DNA of 64,000 nucleotides from assembly GCA_902826225.1 (NCBI GenBank), contig CADEED010000002.1, forward strand, positions 3,890-67,889. Reading direction: 5' to 3'. The stretch's first letter is position 1. Every line of letters begins with the position of its first letter. The translations under genes and the position numbers were made by a program. The notes below the pieces were generated by a model, which was not told the origin of the DNA, did not search any database, and saw only the letters and a program-made list of their open reading frames with translations. Positions 16,476-24,969 of the stretch are shown in pieces. This DNA is from an uncultured Pseudomonadota bacterium. GTDB lineage: Bacteria; Pseudomonadota; Gammaproteobacteria; Steroidobacterales; Steroidobacteraceae.

Positions 16476-16811
16476 ATGGCGATCGACCAACCCGATAAAA
16501 TCGATGCGATTGGACTGGACAATCTCACTTCGAGGGTCGTGCTCACGATTGCCGACCACCTTCCATGGCTAGGTGACGCTGAGGCACATCGAAATCACCT
16601 GCGCGATAAGTTGAACACGTATTTGGCATTTACAGAAAGCGGGGAACTCGCCGAGGCATATCCTGACTCGAAAGGAAGATCAGTCACTATCAGCGTGATC
16701 GGCAAGTACGACCTTTCGCCAGTTGGGAAGGAGTTCTACGAGAATGCCAGCCAAGCACTCGCTAAATCGGGAATAGGCCTGGAGTTCAAGAAGCTCGGCG
16801 CATCTGAGTAG
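16476..16811 (+). CDS. putative cognate immunity protein 5
   Basis: 111 aa. ATG 12 nt after the toxin stop. Function assigned by position only. Confidence 0.65.
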   Translation: MAIDQPDKIDAIGLDNLTSRVVLTIADHLPWLGDAEAHRNHLRDKLNTYLAFTESGELAEAYPDSKGRSVTISVIGKYDLSPVGKEFYENASQALAKSGIGLEFKKLGASE

Positions 16812-16857
16812 TGTGCACGAACGTTCCGAAACGAGGACGGGGCGCTGAGGTGCTCCG

Positions 16858-17191
16858 TCGCGCATACGAAGAAGGCTACCTCACCGACATACATTGGTCG
16901 TCGAATCTCGAGGGACAGCTCGGAGTCGGTACGAGCATCGAGACCCCCGGACTCAGTGTCGGCACGCACGATCAAGGCGCTGATCACCGACAGTTCGGGC
17001 GCGAAGGGGGTGTACGCAATCACCATCCACGTCGTGTCCTCTCTCACGTCGCTCGCTCGGGAAATCGCGCGCGAGTCGCTGGTCGCAAGCCGTGAGCCCG
17101 AACCTCGACCCGATTCGCCTCGTCTGCCCGAGCGCGTGGCGCTCGTGGCTGCCCTAACTTCAGAGTCCCGCAACTCGAGCGGAGGTGTGCA
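16858..17191 (+). pseudogene. 3' fragment of the Ig-like repeat gene (last repeat plus tail), frameshifted
   Basis: AYEEGYLTDIHWSSNLEGQLGVGTSIETPGLSVGTH is a diverged version of repeat 5. It is 2 nt shorter at about 16968 (gcacgatcaagg versus gcatcagatcaagg). After that it is identical to 6437-6656 up to the next ATG. Confidence 0.8.
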
Positions 17192-18103
17192 ATGAGCTTC
17201 CATGGAATGTTCACTCGCGGCCTTGTCGCCGCGCTGCTGCTGTGCCTGGGCTCGCAGGTCTTTGCCGCGCGCACGACGACCTACCTGCACAACGACGGTC
17301 TCGGCTCCGTCGTCGCCGCGACCAACCAGGCAGGCGCCGTGCTGTGGCGCAAGGACTACGCGCCGTTCGGCGAGCAGATCGACTCGACGCCTGACAGTGA
17401 GCGCACCGCCTACACGGGCAAGCAGCACGACGACGCCATCGGGCTCACCTACTTCGGTGGCCGGCACTTCGATCCTGAGCTCGGGCGATTCACCAGCGTC
17501 GACCCGGTCGCGTTCACCGAACAGAACGCGATGAGCTTCAACCGATACCTGTACGTGAACAACAACCCGTACAAGTATGTGGATCCGGATGGGGAGTTCC
17601 TGACCTACGTCGCGAAGTTCGTGATCGACGTGGGCATCAACGTCGCGTTGAACTACGTCACAACCGGCGAGGCGAACCTCAAAGGTGCACTGAAGGAATC
17701 AGTAATCGGACTCATCAATCCGATTCCGGGAAAGAACGCCGGCAAACTCTTGATGGCGCTCGGCAAGGCGAGCAAGAAAGCGCCAAGTCCAAGCGCGGCC
17801 GGAAAGAGCGTCATTCCTCCGTACTCGCGAAACAAATACGACAGGCTTACGGAGAAGGAAAGAAACGACGTCTTAAAGAAGGACCCGAACTGCGTGTACT
17901 GTAACGACCAGCCTTCCAAGACCGTAGATCACGTGAGATCGCAAAAGGAAGATTGGGTCAGCGGAGGATACAAAGACACGCAGGCAGTGCGTAGCGCGAG
18001 AGTCAATGAGCCGAAGAATCTTTCAGGCGCCTGCACGTCCTGCAATCCCAGCAAGGGAAGCCGGAAACTTGGTTCTGAATGGACAGCTCCTAAAGATAGG
18101 TAG
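17192..18103 (+). CDS. mini-RHS polymorphic toxin 6: HNH endonuclease C-terminal domain
   Basis: N-terminal 136 aa identical to toxin 1. C-terminal domain CVYCNDQPSKTVDHVRS...NEPKNLSGACTSCNPSKGSRKLG is a classic HNH signature (CxxC..DH..N..CxxCNxxKG). Confidence 0.88.
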   Translation: MSFHGMFTRGLVAALLLCLGSQVFAARTTTYLHNDGLGSVVAATNQAGAVLWRKDYAPFGEQIDSTPDSERTAYTGKQHDDAIGLTYFGGRHFDPELGRFTSVDPVAFTEQNAMSFNRYLYVNNNPYKYVDPDGEFLTYVAKFVIDVGINVALNYVTTGEANLKGALKESVIGLINPIPGKNAGKLLMALGKASKKAPSPSAAGKSVIPPYSRNKYDRLTEKERNDVLKKDPNCVYCNDQPSKTVDHVRSQKEDWVSGGYKDTQAVRSARVNEPKNLSGACTSCNPSKGSRKLGSEWTAPKDR

Positions 18104-18106
18104 GCG

Positions 18107-18640
18107 ATGAATCAAGCATCAGCTCTTTATGACCGAAAATACGGCAGCCCTGATCGGACGGCGGAATTCACCTCGCGCAACGGCTGCCGTATCTATGTCT
18201 TCAAGTGGAATGCCGACAAGACCAGTGAGGGCGTCACCGTGTATGCCACGGGCGGAGCATCTGACGTATTAGGCGATGAAAGTCGATCTTGCGAGTTCTT
18301 TATCGGCTTATCGCCTCCGGTTGACGACATTGCCGATTCACTCGCTGAACTCGCGCTGCACGGAATCGGCAGCGCTACCGTGCCCAGCTTTGGAGACACG
18401 ACCACGCTTTCCTTTCCCCTATGGTCGGGCACTCCCATGCAGACCTTTCTCTATACCGACGGTTCTGGGCTCATCCCGAGTTATACCGACTCGACTAAGA
18501 GAGTCGATTTCATTCAACTGGTACCGCTCTTTGATTCGGAGCTGGAGTTCAAGAAGAAGAATGGAGAGAAAGCGCTTTGGCGCGAATTCGAGTCACGGGC
18601 CGTCGCGTACTGGGATTCCGATCGCGCACCGGCGTGGTAG
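18107..18640 (+). CDS. putative cognate immunity protein 6 (SUFU-like)
   Basis: 177 aa. ATG 3 nt after the toxin stop. GVTVYATGGASDVLGD...CEFFIGLSP...VDFIQLVPLFDSELEFKKKNGEKAL follows the bacterial SUFU-like immunity pattern. Confidence 0.7.
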   Translation: MNQASALYDRKYGSPDRTAEFTSRNGCRIYVFKWNADKTSEGVTVYATGGASDVLGDESRSCEFFIGLSPPVDDIADSLAELALHGIGSATVPSFGDTTTLSFPLWSGTPMQTFLYTDGSGLIPSYTDSTKRVDFIQLVPLFDSELEFKKKNGEKALWREFESRAVAYWDSDRAPAW

Positions 18641-18683
18641 CCCGGGCTGCGTTCCCGAGATCCGAGTCAAGTGTGAATTGCGC

Positions 18684-18715
18684 GCGAGAATGAAACGGGG
18701 CGCCGAAGCGCCCCG
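18684..18715 (-). terminator. rho-independent terminator of the cox operon
   Basis: Stem CGGGGCGC/GCGCCCCG (18696-18715) with loop CGAA. On the minus strand it is followed by TTTCATTCTC. Confidence 0.6.
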
Positions 18716-18717
18716 AG

Positions 18718-18736
18718 TTAAAGGTGTCTGTCCCCT
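18718..18736. repeat. stop-adjacent AGGGGNCAGAC motif copy
   Basis: The minus strand reads TAA-AGGGGACAGACACCTTTAA directly after the coxC stop. Confidence 0.4.
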
Positions 18737-19621
18737 TTAGATCCAGTAGACGAAGATGAAGAGGCCGAGCCACACCACGTCGACGAAGTGCCAGTACCAG
18801 GCCACCGCCTCGAACGCGAAATGCCGCTCCGGCGTGAAGTGTCCCTTCATCGTGCGCAGCCAGATGCAGAACAACATGATCGCGCCGAGCGTCACGTGGA
18901 ATCCGTGGAAGCCGGTGAGCATGAAGAACGTCGAGCCGTAGATGCCGGTGCCGAGCTGCAGGCCAAGGTGGCCATACGCCTCGCCGTACTCGTGCGCCTG
19001 CAGGTAAACGAACAGGAAGCCGAGAAGGAACGTGAGCGCGAGGAAGATGTTGAGGATGGCGCGGTTGCCGGCGCGCAGCGCGTGGTGCGCGATGGTCACC
19101 GTGACGCCGGACATCAACAGGATGATCGTGTTCCACGCCGGCAGGCCGAACGCGGGGATCGTCTCGAACGTCCCGTCTTCGCGGGGGCTCAGACGCGCGG
19201 GGCCATTGGTCGGCCACGTGTTCTCGAACGACGGATGCAGCAGCTCGTTGCCGATGACCTTCGTGCCCTCACCGCCGAGCCAGGGCACGGAGAGCTCCCG
19301 TGCGTAGAACAGCGCGCCGAAAAACGCGGCGAAGAACATCACTTCCGAGAAGATGAACCACATCATGCCCATGCGGAACGACCGGTCGACGTCCCAGCCG
19401 TAGAGGCCCTGCTGGTTCTCGTCGATGACGTTGCCGAACCAGCCGATGAACATGTAGCAGACCAGCGCGAAGCCGGGGAGCATCGCCCACGCCGGCAGCC
19501 AGTGGTTGAGCAGCGCGACGGCGCCGAGCAGCAGCGTGAAGAACGCCGCGGAACCGATGATCGGCCACTTGCTCTCGTGGGGAACGTAGTACTTGCCGGT
19601 GGAGGCGTGAGCGTCTGCCAT
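18737..19621 (-). CDS. coxC: cytochrome c oxidase subunit III
   Basis: 294 aa polytopic membrane protein; ...HGFHVTLGAIMLFCIWLR...FEAVAWYWHFVDVVWLGLFIFVYWI. Confidence 0.92.
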   Translation of the reverse strand: MADAHASTGKYYVPHESKWPIIGSAAFFTLLLGAVALLNHWLPAWAMLPGFALVCYMFIGWFGNVIDENQQGLYGWDVDRSFRMGMMWFIFSEVMFFAAFFGALFYARELSVPWLGGEGTKVIGNELLHPSFENTWPTNGPARLSPREDGTFETIPAFGLPAWNTIILLMSGVTVTIAHHALRAGNRAILNIFLALTFLLGFLFVYLQAHEYGEAYGHLGLQLGTGIYGSTFFMLTGFHGFHVTLGAIMLFCIWLRTMKGHFTPERHFAFEAVAWYWHFVDVVWLGLFIFVYWI

Positions 19622-19636
19622 GAAAGATCCCTGTAG

Positions 19637-20179
19637 CTAGTTCAATGAGGCCACGCGCGTGGACTCGTCGTAGAAAGTGTACGAAAGCGTGATGCGGTCG
19701 ACCGAGCGCGGGATCGCGGGGTCGACGATGAAGCGCACGAGCATGGGCCGCTGCTCGCCCACCGCGAATTTCTGCGGCGTGAAGCAGAAGCAGTCGGTCT
19801 TGCGGAAATAGCCTGCGGCGCGGCCCGGCGCGATGTTCGGCACGGCTTGCGCGATGGTGTCCTGGCCCGTGAGGTTGTGCGCGATGAACTCGGTGGCATA
19901 GAGCCGCCCCGGGTGCACCTGCATCGACCCCACGAGCGGGCGGAATTCCCAGTTGCCGACGGACGGCAGCTCGGCGAGGAAGTCCACGGTGATCGTGCGC
20001 GAGTCGTCGGGGTTCTCCGTTGCCTCGCGTGCCTGCGCGAGCGCGCGTTGATTGCCGAACCCCGTGAGATCGCAGAGGACGTCGTACAGCGGCACGAGCG
20101 CGAAGCCGAACGCGAAGCTGCCGAGCGCGAAGCCCAGCAGCTTGAGCATCAGCTTGTTGTTCGCGGCGCGCTGCTCCAT
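19637..20179 (-). CDS. ctaG: cytochrome c oxidase assembly protein CtaG/Cox11
   Basis: 180 aa with an N-terminal TM helix and the CFCF copper motif ([13 protein letters not shown]). Confidence 0.9.
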   Translation of the reverse strand: MEQRAANNKLMLKLLGFALGSFAFGFALVPLYDVLCDLTGFGNQRALAQAREATENPDDSRTITVDFLAELPSVGNWEFRPLVGSMQVHPGRLYATEFIAHNLTGQDTIAQAVPNIAPGRAAGYFRKTDCFCFTPQKFAVGEQRPMLVRFIVDPAIPRSVDRITLSYTFYDESTRVASLN

Positions 20180-20180
20180 G

Positions 20181-20300
20181 TCAGGCCCTGCTCACCGACA
20201 TCGCGATGAAGGCGACATAGAAGCCGAGCGCGACGAGCCCCAGGATGATGGCCGAACGCCGCGCCCGCGCGCGGCGTTCGTTGATCTCGTCGGGTGTCAT
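20181..20300 (-). CDS. small single-TM protein between ctaD and ctaG (cytochrome oxidase small assembly protein-like)
   Basis: 39 aa, [39 protein letters not shown]. It fills the gap between the two genes in a position conserved in proteobacterial cox operons. Confidence 0.5.
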   Translation of the reverse strand: MTPDEINERRARARRSAIILGLVALGFYVAFIAMSVSRA

Positions 20301-20308
20301 GACCTGGC

Positions 20309-21919
20309 TCAATGCTGCACACCGCGCGCGACGATCTCGCGAGACGGCGGGTCGGTCCAGCTGTGATACGGCGGCGGCGAGGTCAGCTCCCACTCGAGAC
20401 CATGCGCGCCTTCCCACGAACGGCTTTCCGATTTCGCTCCGGACTTCACGCACTTCCAGATGAGGTACGGGAACAGAAGCTGCGAGAGGCCGAAGCCGAA
20501 CGCGCCGACGGAAGACACCATGTTCCAGTCCGTGAACTGCGTGGAGTAGTCGGGGATGCGGCGCGGCATGCCCGCGAGGCCCAGGAAGTGCTGCGGGAAG
20601 AACAGCACGTTCACGAAGATCGTCGACAGCCAGAAGTGCCAGTTCGCGAGCTTCATGTCGTACATCTTGCCGGTCCATTTCGGCAGCCAGTAGTACACGC
20701 CGGCCATGATGGCGAACACCGCGCCGGGCACGAGCACGTAGTGGAAGTGCGCCACCACGAAGTACGTGTCGTGATACTGGAAGTCGGCGGGAACAATCGC
20801 GAGCATGAGGCCCGAGAAGCCGCCGATGGTGAACAGGAACAGGAACGCCAGCGCGAACAGCATCGGCGGTTCGAACGTGAGCGAGCCCTTCCACATCGTC
20901 GCGGTCCAGTTGAACACCTTCACGCCCGTGGGGATCGAGATGAGCATCGTCGACAGCGTGAAGAAGAGCTGGCCCGCGAGCGGCATGCCCACGGTGAACA
21001 TGTGGTGCGCCCACACGATGAACGACAGGAACGCAATGGCGGCCGTCGCGTAGACCATCGCGTCATAACCGAACAGCGGCTTGCGCGAGAACGTCGGCAC
21101 GATCTCCGAGATGATGCCGAAGGCCGGCAAGATGAGGATGTACACCTCGGGGTGTCCGAAGAACCAGAAGATGTGCTGGAACATCACCGGGTCGCCGCCG
21201 CCGGATGCCGAGAAGAAGCTGGTGGCGAAGAAGTGGTCGGTGAGCAGCATCGTCACGGCGCCCGCGAGCACCGGCATCGTCGCGATCAGAAGATAGGCCG
21301 TGATCAGCCAGCTCCAGCAGAAGAGCGGCATGTTCAGCAGGCCCACGCCCGGCGCGCGCATGTTCATGATCGTGACGACCACGTTGATGGAGCCGAGGAT
21401 CGAGCTCGCGCCCATCAGGTGGATGGCGAAGATCGCCATCGGGAAGCCGTCGCCCGCCTGCAGCGAGAGCGGCGGATAGAGCGTCCAGCCGCCGGCCGGC
21501 GCGCCGCCCGGCACGAACAGCGTGGCGAGCAGCAGCGTGAATGCGAACGGCAGGATCCAGAACGAGAAGTTGTTGAGGCGGGGGAGCGCCATGTCGGGCG
21601 CGCCCACCTGCATCGGGATCATCCAGTTCGCGAGACCCGTCCAGGCCGGCATGACCGCGCCGAAGATCATGACCAGCGCGTGCATGGTCGTCATCGAGTT
21701 GAAGAACTGCGGATCGACGAGCTGCAGGCCGGGCTGGAAGAGCTCCGCGCGGATGACGAGGGCCATGAGGCCGCCGACGAAGAACATCACGCAGGCGAAG
21801 ATCAGGTACATCGTGCCGATGTCCTTGTGGTTCGTCGCGTAGACCCAGCGGCGCCAGCCGTGCGCCGGGCCGTGATGGTCGTGGTCGTGGTGTCCGTCAG
21901 CTGTGTGTTCGTGTGCCAT
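20309..21919 (-). CDS. ctaD: cytochrome c oxidase subunit I
   Basis: 536 aa; ...[17 protein letters not shown]...[10 protein letters not shown]... are canonical heme-copper oxidase motifs. Confidence 0.95.
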   Translation of the reverse strand: MAHEHTADGHHDHDHHGPAHGWRRWVYATNHKDIGTMYLIFACVMFFVGGLMALVIRAELFQPGLQLVDPQFFNSMTTMHALVMIFGAVMPAWTGLANWMIPMQVGAPDMALPRLNNFSFWILPFAFTLLLATLFVPGGAPAGGWTLYPPLSLQAGDGFPMAIFAIHLMGASSILGSINVVVTIMNMRAPGVGLLNMPLFCWSWLITAYLLIATMPVLAGAVTMLLTDHFFATSFFSASGGGDPVMFQHIFWFFGHPEVYILILPAFGIISEIVPTFSRKPLFGYDAMVYATAAIAFLSFIVWAHHMFTVGMPLAGQLFFTLSTMLISIPTGVKVFNWTATMWKGSLTFEPPMLFALAFLFLFTIGGFSGLMLAIVPADFQYHDTYFVVAHFHYVLVPGAVFAIMAGVYYWLPKWTGKMYDMKLANWHFWLSTIFVNVLFFPQHFLGLAGMPRRIPDYSTQFTDWNMVSSVGAFGFGLSQLLFPYLIWKCVKSGAKSESRSWEGAHGLEWELTSPPPYHSWTDPPSREIVARGVQH

Positions 21920-21940
21920 GTCTAACTTCTCGTCTGCAAC

Positions 21941-22864
21941 TTACTTGGCGACCGCGGCCGGGGCGGCCGAGGCAATGGTGGCGGGCTCGACCGGCGCGGT
22001 CGGGGACGGCGATCCGGCGAGCTTCTGCTCGGCCTGCTTCGCACGCAGCCACGCGTCGAACTCGGCGGGGGATTTCACCTCCACGACGATCGGCATGAAG
22101 CCGTGGTCGCGGCCGCAGAGCTCGGCGCACTGGCCGCGGTACGTGCCGACCTTGTCCGCATCGACCTGCACCCAGATCTCGTTCACGAAGCCCGGGATCG
22201 CGTCCTTCTTCATGCCAAAGGCCGGCACCCACCACGCGTGGATGACGTCCTGCGCGGTGAGCAGCAAGCGGATCTTCGTACCGGCCGGGATGACGAGCGC
22301 GTTGTCGACGTCCAGCAGGTAGTTGGGAACGCTTTCGGGATCCACGCCCGAACCGAGCTGACGCGCGGCGTCGCTGTCACGCTTGAGCGTGGAGAAGAAG
22401 CTCACCTTCTCGCCCAGGTACTCGTACTCCCATTTCCACTGGTAGCCGGTCACCTTGATGTTGAGGTCGACCCGGCCCATGTCCTCGATCTCGATGAGCG
22501 TCTTCGCCGTCGGCACGGCCATCGCGACCAGGATCATGATCGGGATGACGGTCCAGACGATCTCGACCTTCGTGCTGTGCACGAGCGTCTTGTCTGCCTG
22601 AGCGCCCTGCGATTTCCGGAACTTCACGATCGAATAGATCATGACGCCGAAGACGACCACCGCCAGGAAAATGCACCAGTAGAAGATGGTCATGTGCAGA
22701 CCGTAGATCTTCTTGCTGAGGATGGTGACACCCTCATGCATGTTGAGTCCGCCCCAATCGGCGTGCGCGACCGACGCGAACAGGGCGAGCAGCGGGATGG
22801 CGGCGACGCCCAGGGCACGGCGCGCGGTGGCGTTCTTCATGTGAAAGCTCATCGATGACCTCAA
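21941..22864 (-). CDS. coxB: cytochrome c oxidase subunit II
   Basis: 307 aa; CuA site ...DVIHAWWVPAFG...GQCAELCGRDHGFMP. Confidence 0.93.
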   Translation of the reverse strand: MRSSMSFHMKNATARRALGVAAIPLLALFASVAHADWGGLNMHEGVTILSKKIYGLHMTIFYWCIFLAVVVFGVMIYSIVKFRKSQGAQADKTLVHSTKVEIVWTVIPIMILVAMAVPTAKTLIEIEDMGRVDLNIKVTGYQWKWEYEYLGEKVSFFSTLKRDSDAARQLGSGVDPESVPNYLLDVDNALVIPAGTKIRLLLTAQDVIHAWWVPAFGMKKDAIPGFVNEIWVQVDADKVGTYRGQCAELCGRDHGFMPIVVEVKSPAEFDAWLRAKQAEQKLAGSPSPTAPVEPATIASAAPAAVAK

Positions 22865-23364
22865 GAAAACTGTTCCGGTGAACCGGCCGGCGGCAGCGCC
22901 GGAGACTGGTTCATGTCGCCAACCAGGCGCCGCAATTCGGCGGCCAGGGTGTGGCGCTCCTCCTCTGTCAGAAACTTTCCCACCTCGTGGGCACGGCCGT
23001 GCGATTCGAACACGAGCTGGGTGCGATGGAGGGGCGATTTCGGGTGGCGGATTTTAACCCGCGCCCAGTGGCGCGGGAACACGACGCGCTGCGGGGTGCC
23101 GCGCGCGTACTCGATGATGATTTCGCTGTCCGAGATGTCGATGGTTTCGCGCTCGAAGCGGCGCTGCATGCTGGAACGCAGGGCCCAGCCCAGCAGCAGC
23201 ATCTCGGCGCCGGCAAACGGCAGGACCGGCCAGTAGCCCAGCGCCGTGGCGGCCCCGGCGACGCCGAAAGTGGCGGTGCAGACGCTCACGAAGAACAGCA
23301 CCGCGCCGCGAGGGGTCAGCGAGCAATGCGGAGCGATTTCGAGGTGGCGGGCAGCGGCTGGCAC
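22861..23364 (-). CDS. DUF2244-like integral membrane protein upstream of the cox operon
   Basis: 167 aa with two TM helices followed by a soluble tail. ATGA overlap with coxB. Confidence 0.6.
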   Translation of the reverse strand: MPAAARHLEIAPHCSLTPRGAVLFFVSVCTATFGVAGAATALGYWPVLPFAGAEMLLLGWALRSSMQRRFERETIDISDSEIIIEYARGTPQRVVFPRHWARVKIRHPKSPLHRTQLVFESHGRAHEVGKFLTEEERHTLAAELRRLVGDMNQSPALPPAGSPEQFS

Positions 23365-23398
23365 GCGCGCGACTATACCAGCGAATTTGCGGGATGAC

Positions 23399-24082
23399 TC
23401 AATGACTTAGGAGGTTTCCTGCACCTGCCACAGCCCAGGCCGAATCCGTCGGGTCGACCGGGACCACGGCGAGTGGATCGGCCCCGAAACGCGTCGTCAA
23501 AGTCTGGATGTTTTCGCGCAGGAGGGGCATCTCGCGGTCGAGCTTGTTCGCGATCCAGCCCGTGAAGGGCAGCCCGCGCGCGCGAATGGCCTCGCGCGTG
23601 AGCAGGGCGTGGTTCAGACAGCCGAGACGCAGGCCGACGACGAGCACCACCGGCAGCTCCAGGCTCGCCGCGATATCCGCCATCGTGCCGGTGGCCGAGA
23701 TCGGCGCCTCCCATCCTCCCGCGCCCTCGACGATCAGGACATCGGCGGCCGCGGCCAGGCGATCACGCGCCGCGAGGATGCGCGGGATGCCGATGGTGAC
23801 GCCATCCATGCGCGCGGCGAGGTGCGGCGATGCCGGCATCGCGAGCAACCACGGGTTCACGTGCTCGTAGGGCGCCTGCACGTTGCTCGCGGCTAACAAC
23901 TCGAGCGCGTCGTCGTTGCGGAAGCCTGCGGGCGTGCGGCTTCCACCCGCTGCGACGGGCTTCATGACTGCGCAACGCAGACCGCGTGCGACGAATGCGC
24001 GCGTGAGCGCGGCGGCGACGAGGGTCTTGCCGACCCCGGTGTCGGTGCCGGTGATGAAGAAGCCGCGAGGGACAGACTTCAA
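23399..24082 (-). CDS. bioD: dethiobiotin synthase
   Basis: FFITGTDTGVGKTLVAAAL P-loop ...IVEGAGGW... I assign a TTG start at 24082 that overlaps the bioC stop. The longer ORF reaching 24580 runs into bioC. Confidence 0.85.
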   Translation of the reverse strand: MKSVPRGFFITGTDTGVGKTLVAAALTRAFVARGLRCAVMKPVAAGGSRTPAGFRNDDALELLAASNVQAPYEHVNPWLLAMPASPHLAARMDGVTIGIPRILAARDRLAAAADVLIVEGAGGWEAPISATGTMADIAASLELPVVLVVGLRLGCLNHALLTREAIRARGLPFTGWIANKLDREMPLLRENIQTLTTRFGADPLAVVPVDPTDSAWAVAGAGNLLSH

Positions 24083-24969
24083 GTCTGCCCCCTTCTCTTG
24101 ATTGCGGACGGCGAGATGAGTGTTTCGCCCGGCAAATCCCGTTGTTTTTCGCTCCCCCAGCCCACCGCGCTGATCACTTCGTAGGTTGCCGGCAGCATGC
24201 CGTTGCGCCGCAGCGCCTCGTACTCGCGCGTCATGGCCTCCAGGCGCCGGCGGCCGGTGAGGCCGCGCGCCCGATCCCGCGTGACGTTGTGCGCGCCGAT
24301 CGCCTTGAGTTCTCGCATCAACGACAGTGCATCGTCGTACTCCACGACAATGCGGTCGACGTCGAGCACCGGCTCGGCGAGCCCGGCCTGCAGCAGCGCG
24401 CTGCCGAGCGAGTGAGGATCGGCGAAGCGGTTCACGTGATCGTCCCGGCCGTCGGCGGCGGCCCAGGCGTCGCGCAGCTCGGCGAGCGTCCCGGGCCCGA
24501 AGGTGCTGAAGATCAGCAGGCCGCCGGGGCGGAGCACGCGCGCCACCTCCGCGAACGCCGCGTCGAGGTCGTCGCACCACTGGAACATGAGCGAGCTGAA
24601 GACGACGTCGAAACTGGCGTTGCCGAAGGGCAATGCATACGCATCGGCGCGCACACGCTCGAAACGCCGCCGCCAGCGCGATTGCTGGCGCGCCTGCTCG
24701 AGCATGCCCGCGGCGATGTCCGCGGGCACCACGGCCGCCTGCGGAAAGCGCCGCTTGAGCGCGCCTGTGGCGTGACCCGTGCCGGCGCCGAGGTCGAGCA
24801 CGGCCGCGGGCTTCACATCCAGTTCGTCGAAGCGGGCGAGCAGCGTGTCGCGCACGCGTGTTTGCAGCGCGGCCGCCGCGTCGTAGCTGGCGCTGGCGCG
24901 ATCGAAAGATCGCGCGACCGCGTGGCGATCCAGCGCGAACGTGCCGCGCGGGTCATCCACGCAGTTCAC
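24079..24969 (-). CDS. bioC: malonyl-ACP O-methyltransferase
   Basis: 296 aa; SAM motif VLDLGAGTGHAT; sits within the bio operon. Confidence 0.85.
   Translation of the reverse strand: MNCVDDPRGTFALDRHAVARSFDRASASYDAAAALQTRVRDTLLARFDELDVKPAAVLDLGAGTGHATGALKRRFPQAAVVPADIAAGMLEQARQQSRWRRRFERVRADAYALPFGNASFDVVFSSLMFQWCDDLDAAFAEVARVLRPGGLLIFSTFGPGTLAELRDAWAAADGRDDHVNRFADPHSLGSALLQAGLAEPVLDVDRIVVEYDDALSLMRELKAIGAHNVTRDRARGLTGRRRLEAMTREYEALRRNGMLPATYEVISAVGWGSEKQRDLPGETLISPSAIKRRGQT

Noticed and set aside
6432-17467. Apparent families of repeated ORFs: antisense MPATEVGEPDGVVVLLARVGG... (6 copies), and alternative-frame MCNELPWNVHS... and MECSLAALSPRCCC... copies.
   Set aside because: They recur only because they lie inside the ~310-nt constant block of the six toxin genes. 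They are off-frame or antisense shadows of the RHS-core coding sequence.
6480-17600. Possible CRISPR array, given the regularly recurring identical sequence.
   Set aside because: The repeat units are hundreds of nt long, protein-coding, and spaced 1.4-5 kb apart. There are no short (25-40 nt) direct repeats with uniform spacers and no cas genes.
4906-18640. T6SS-, CDI- or T7SS-dependent delivery (PAAR, VgrG, CdiB, or a full-length Rhs shell).
   Set aside because: None of these genes or domains is present in the window. The toxins carry Sec signal peptides, which T6SS Rhs effectors do not. Such genes elsewhere in the genome cannot be excluded.
4700-18740. Island as an integrative mobile element (integrase, transposase, att sites, or a tRNA target).
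   Set aside because: No integrase, transposase or IS-like ORF, no tRNA gene and no clear direct repeats at the borders. The left border is a deletion junction inside panE. Growth by homologous recombination and cassette displacement fits better.
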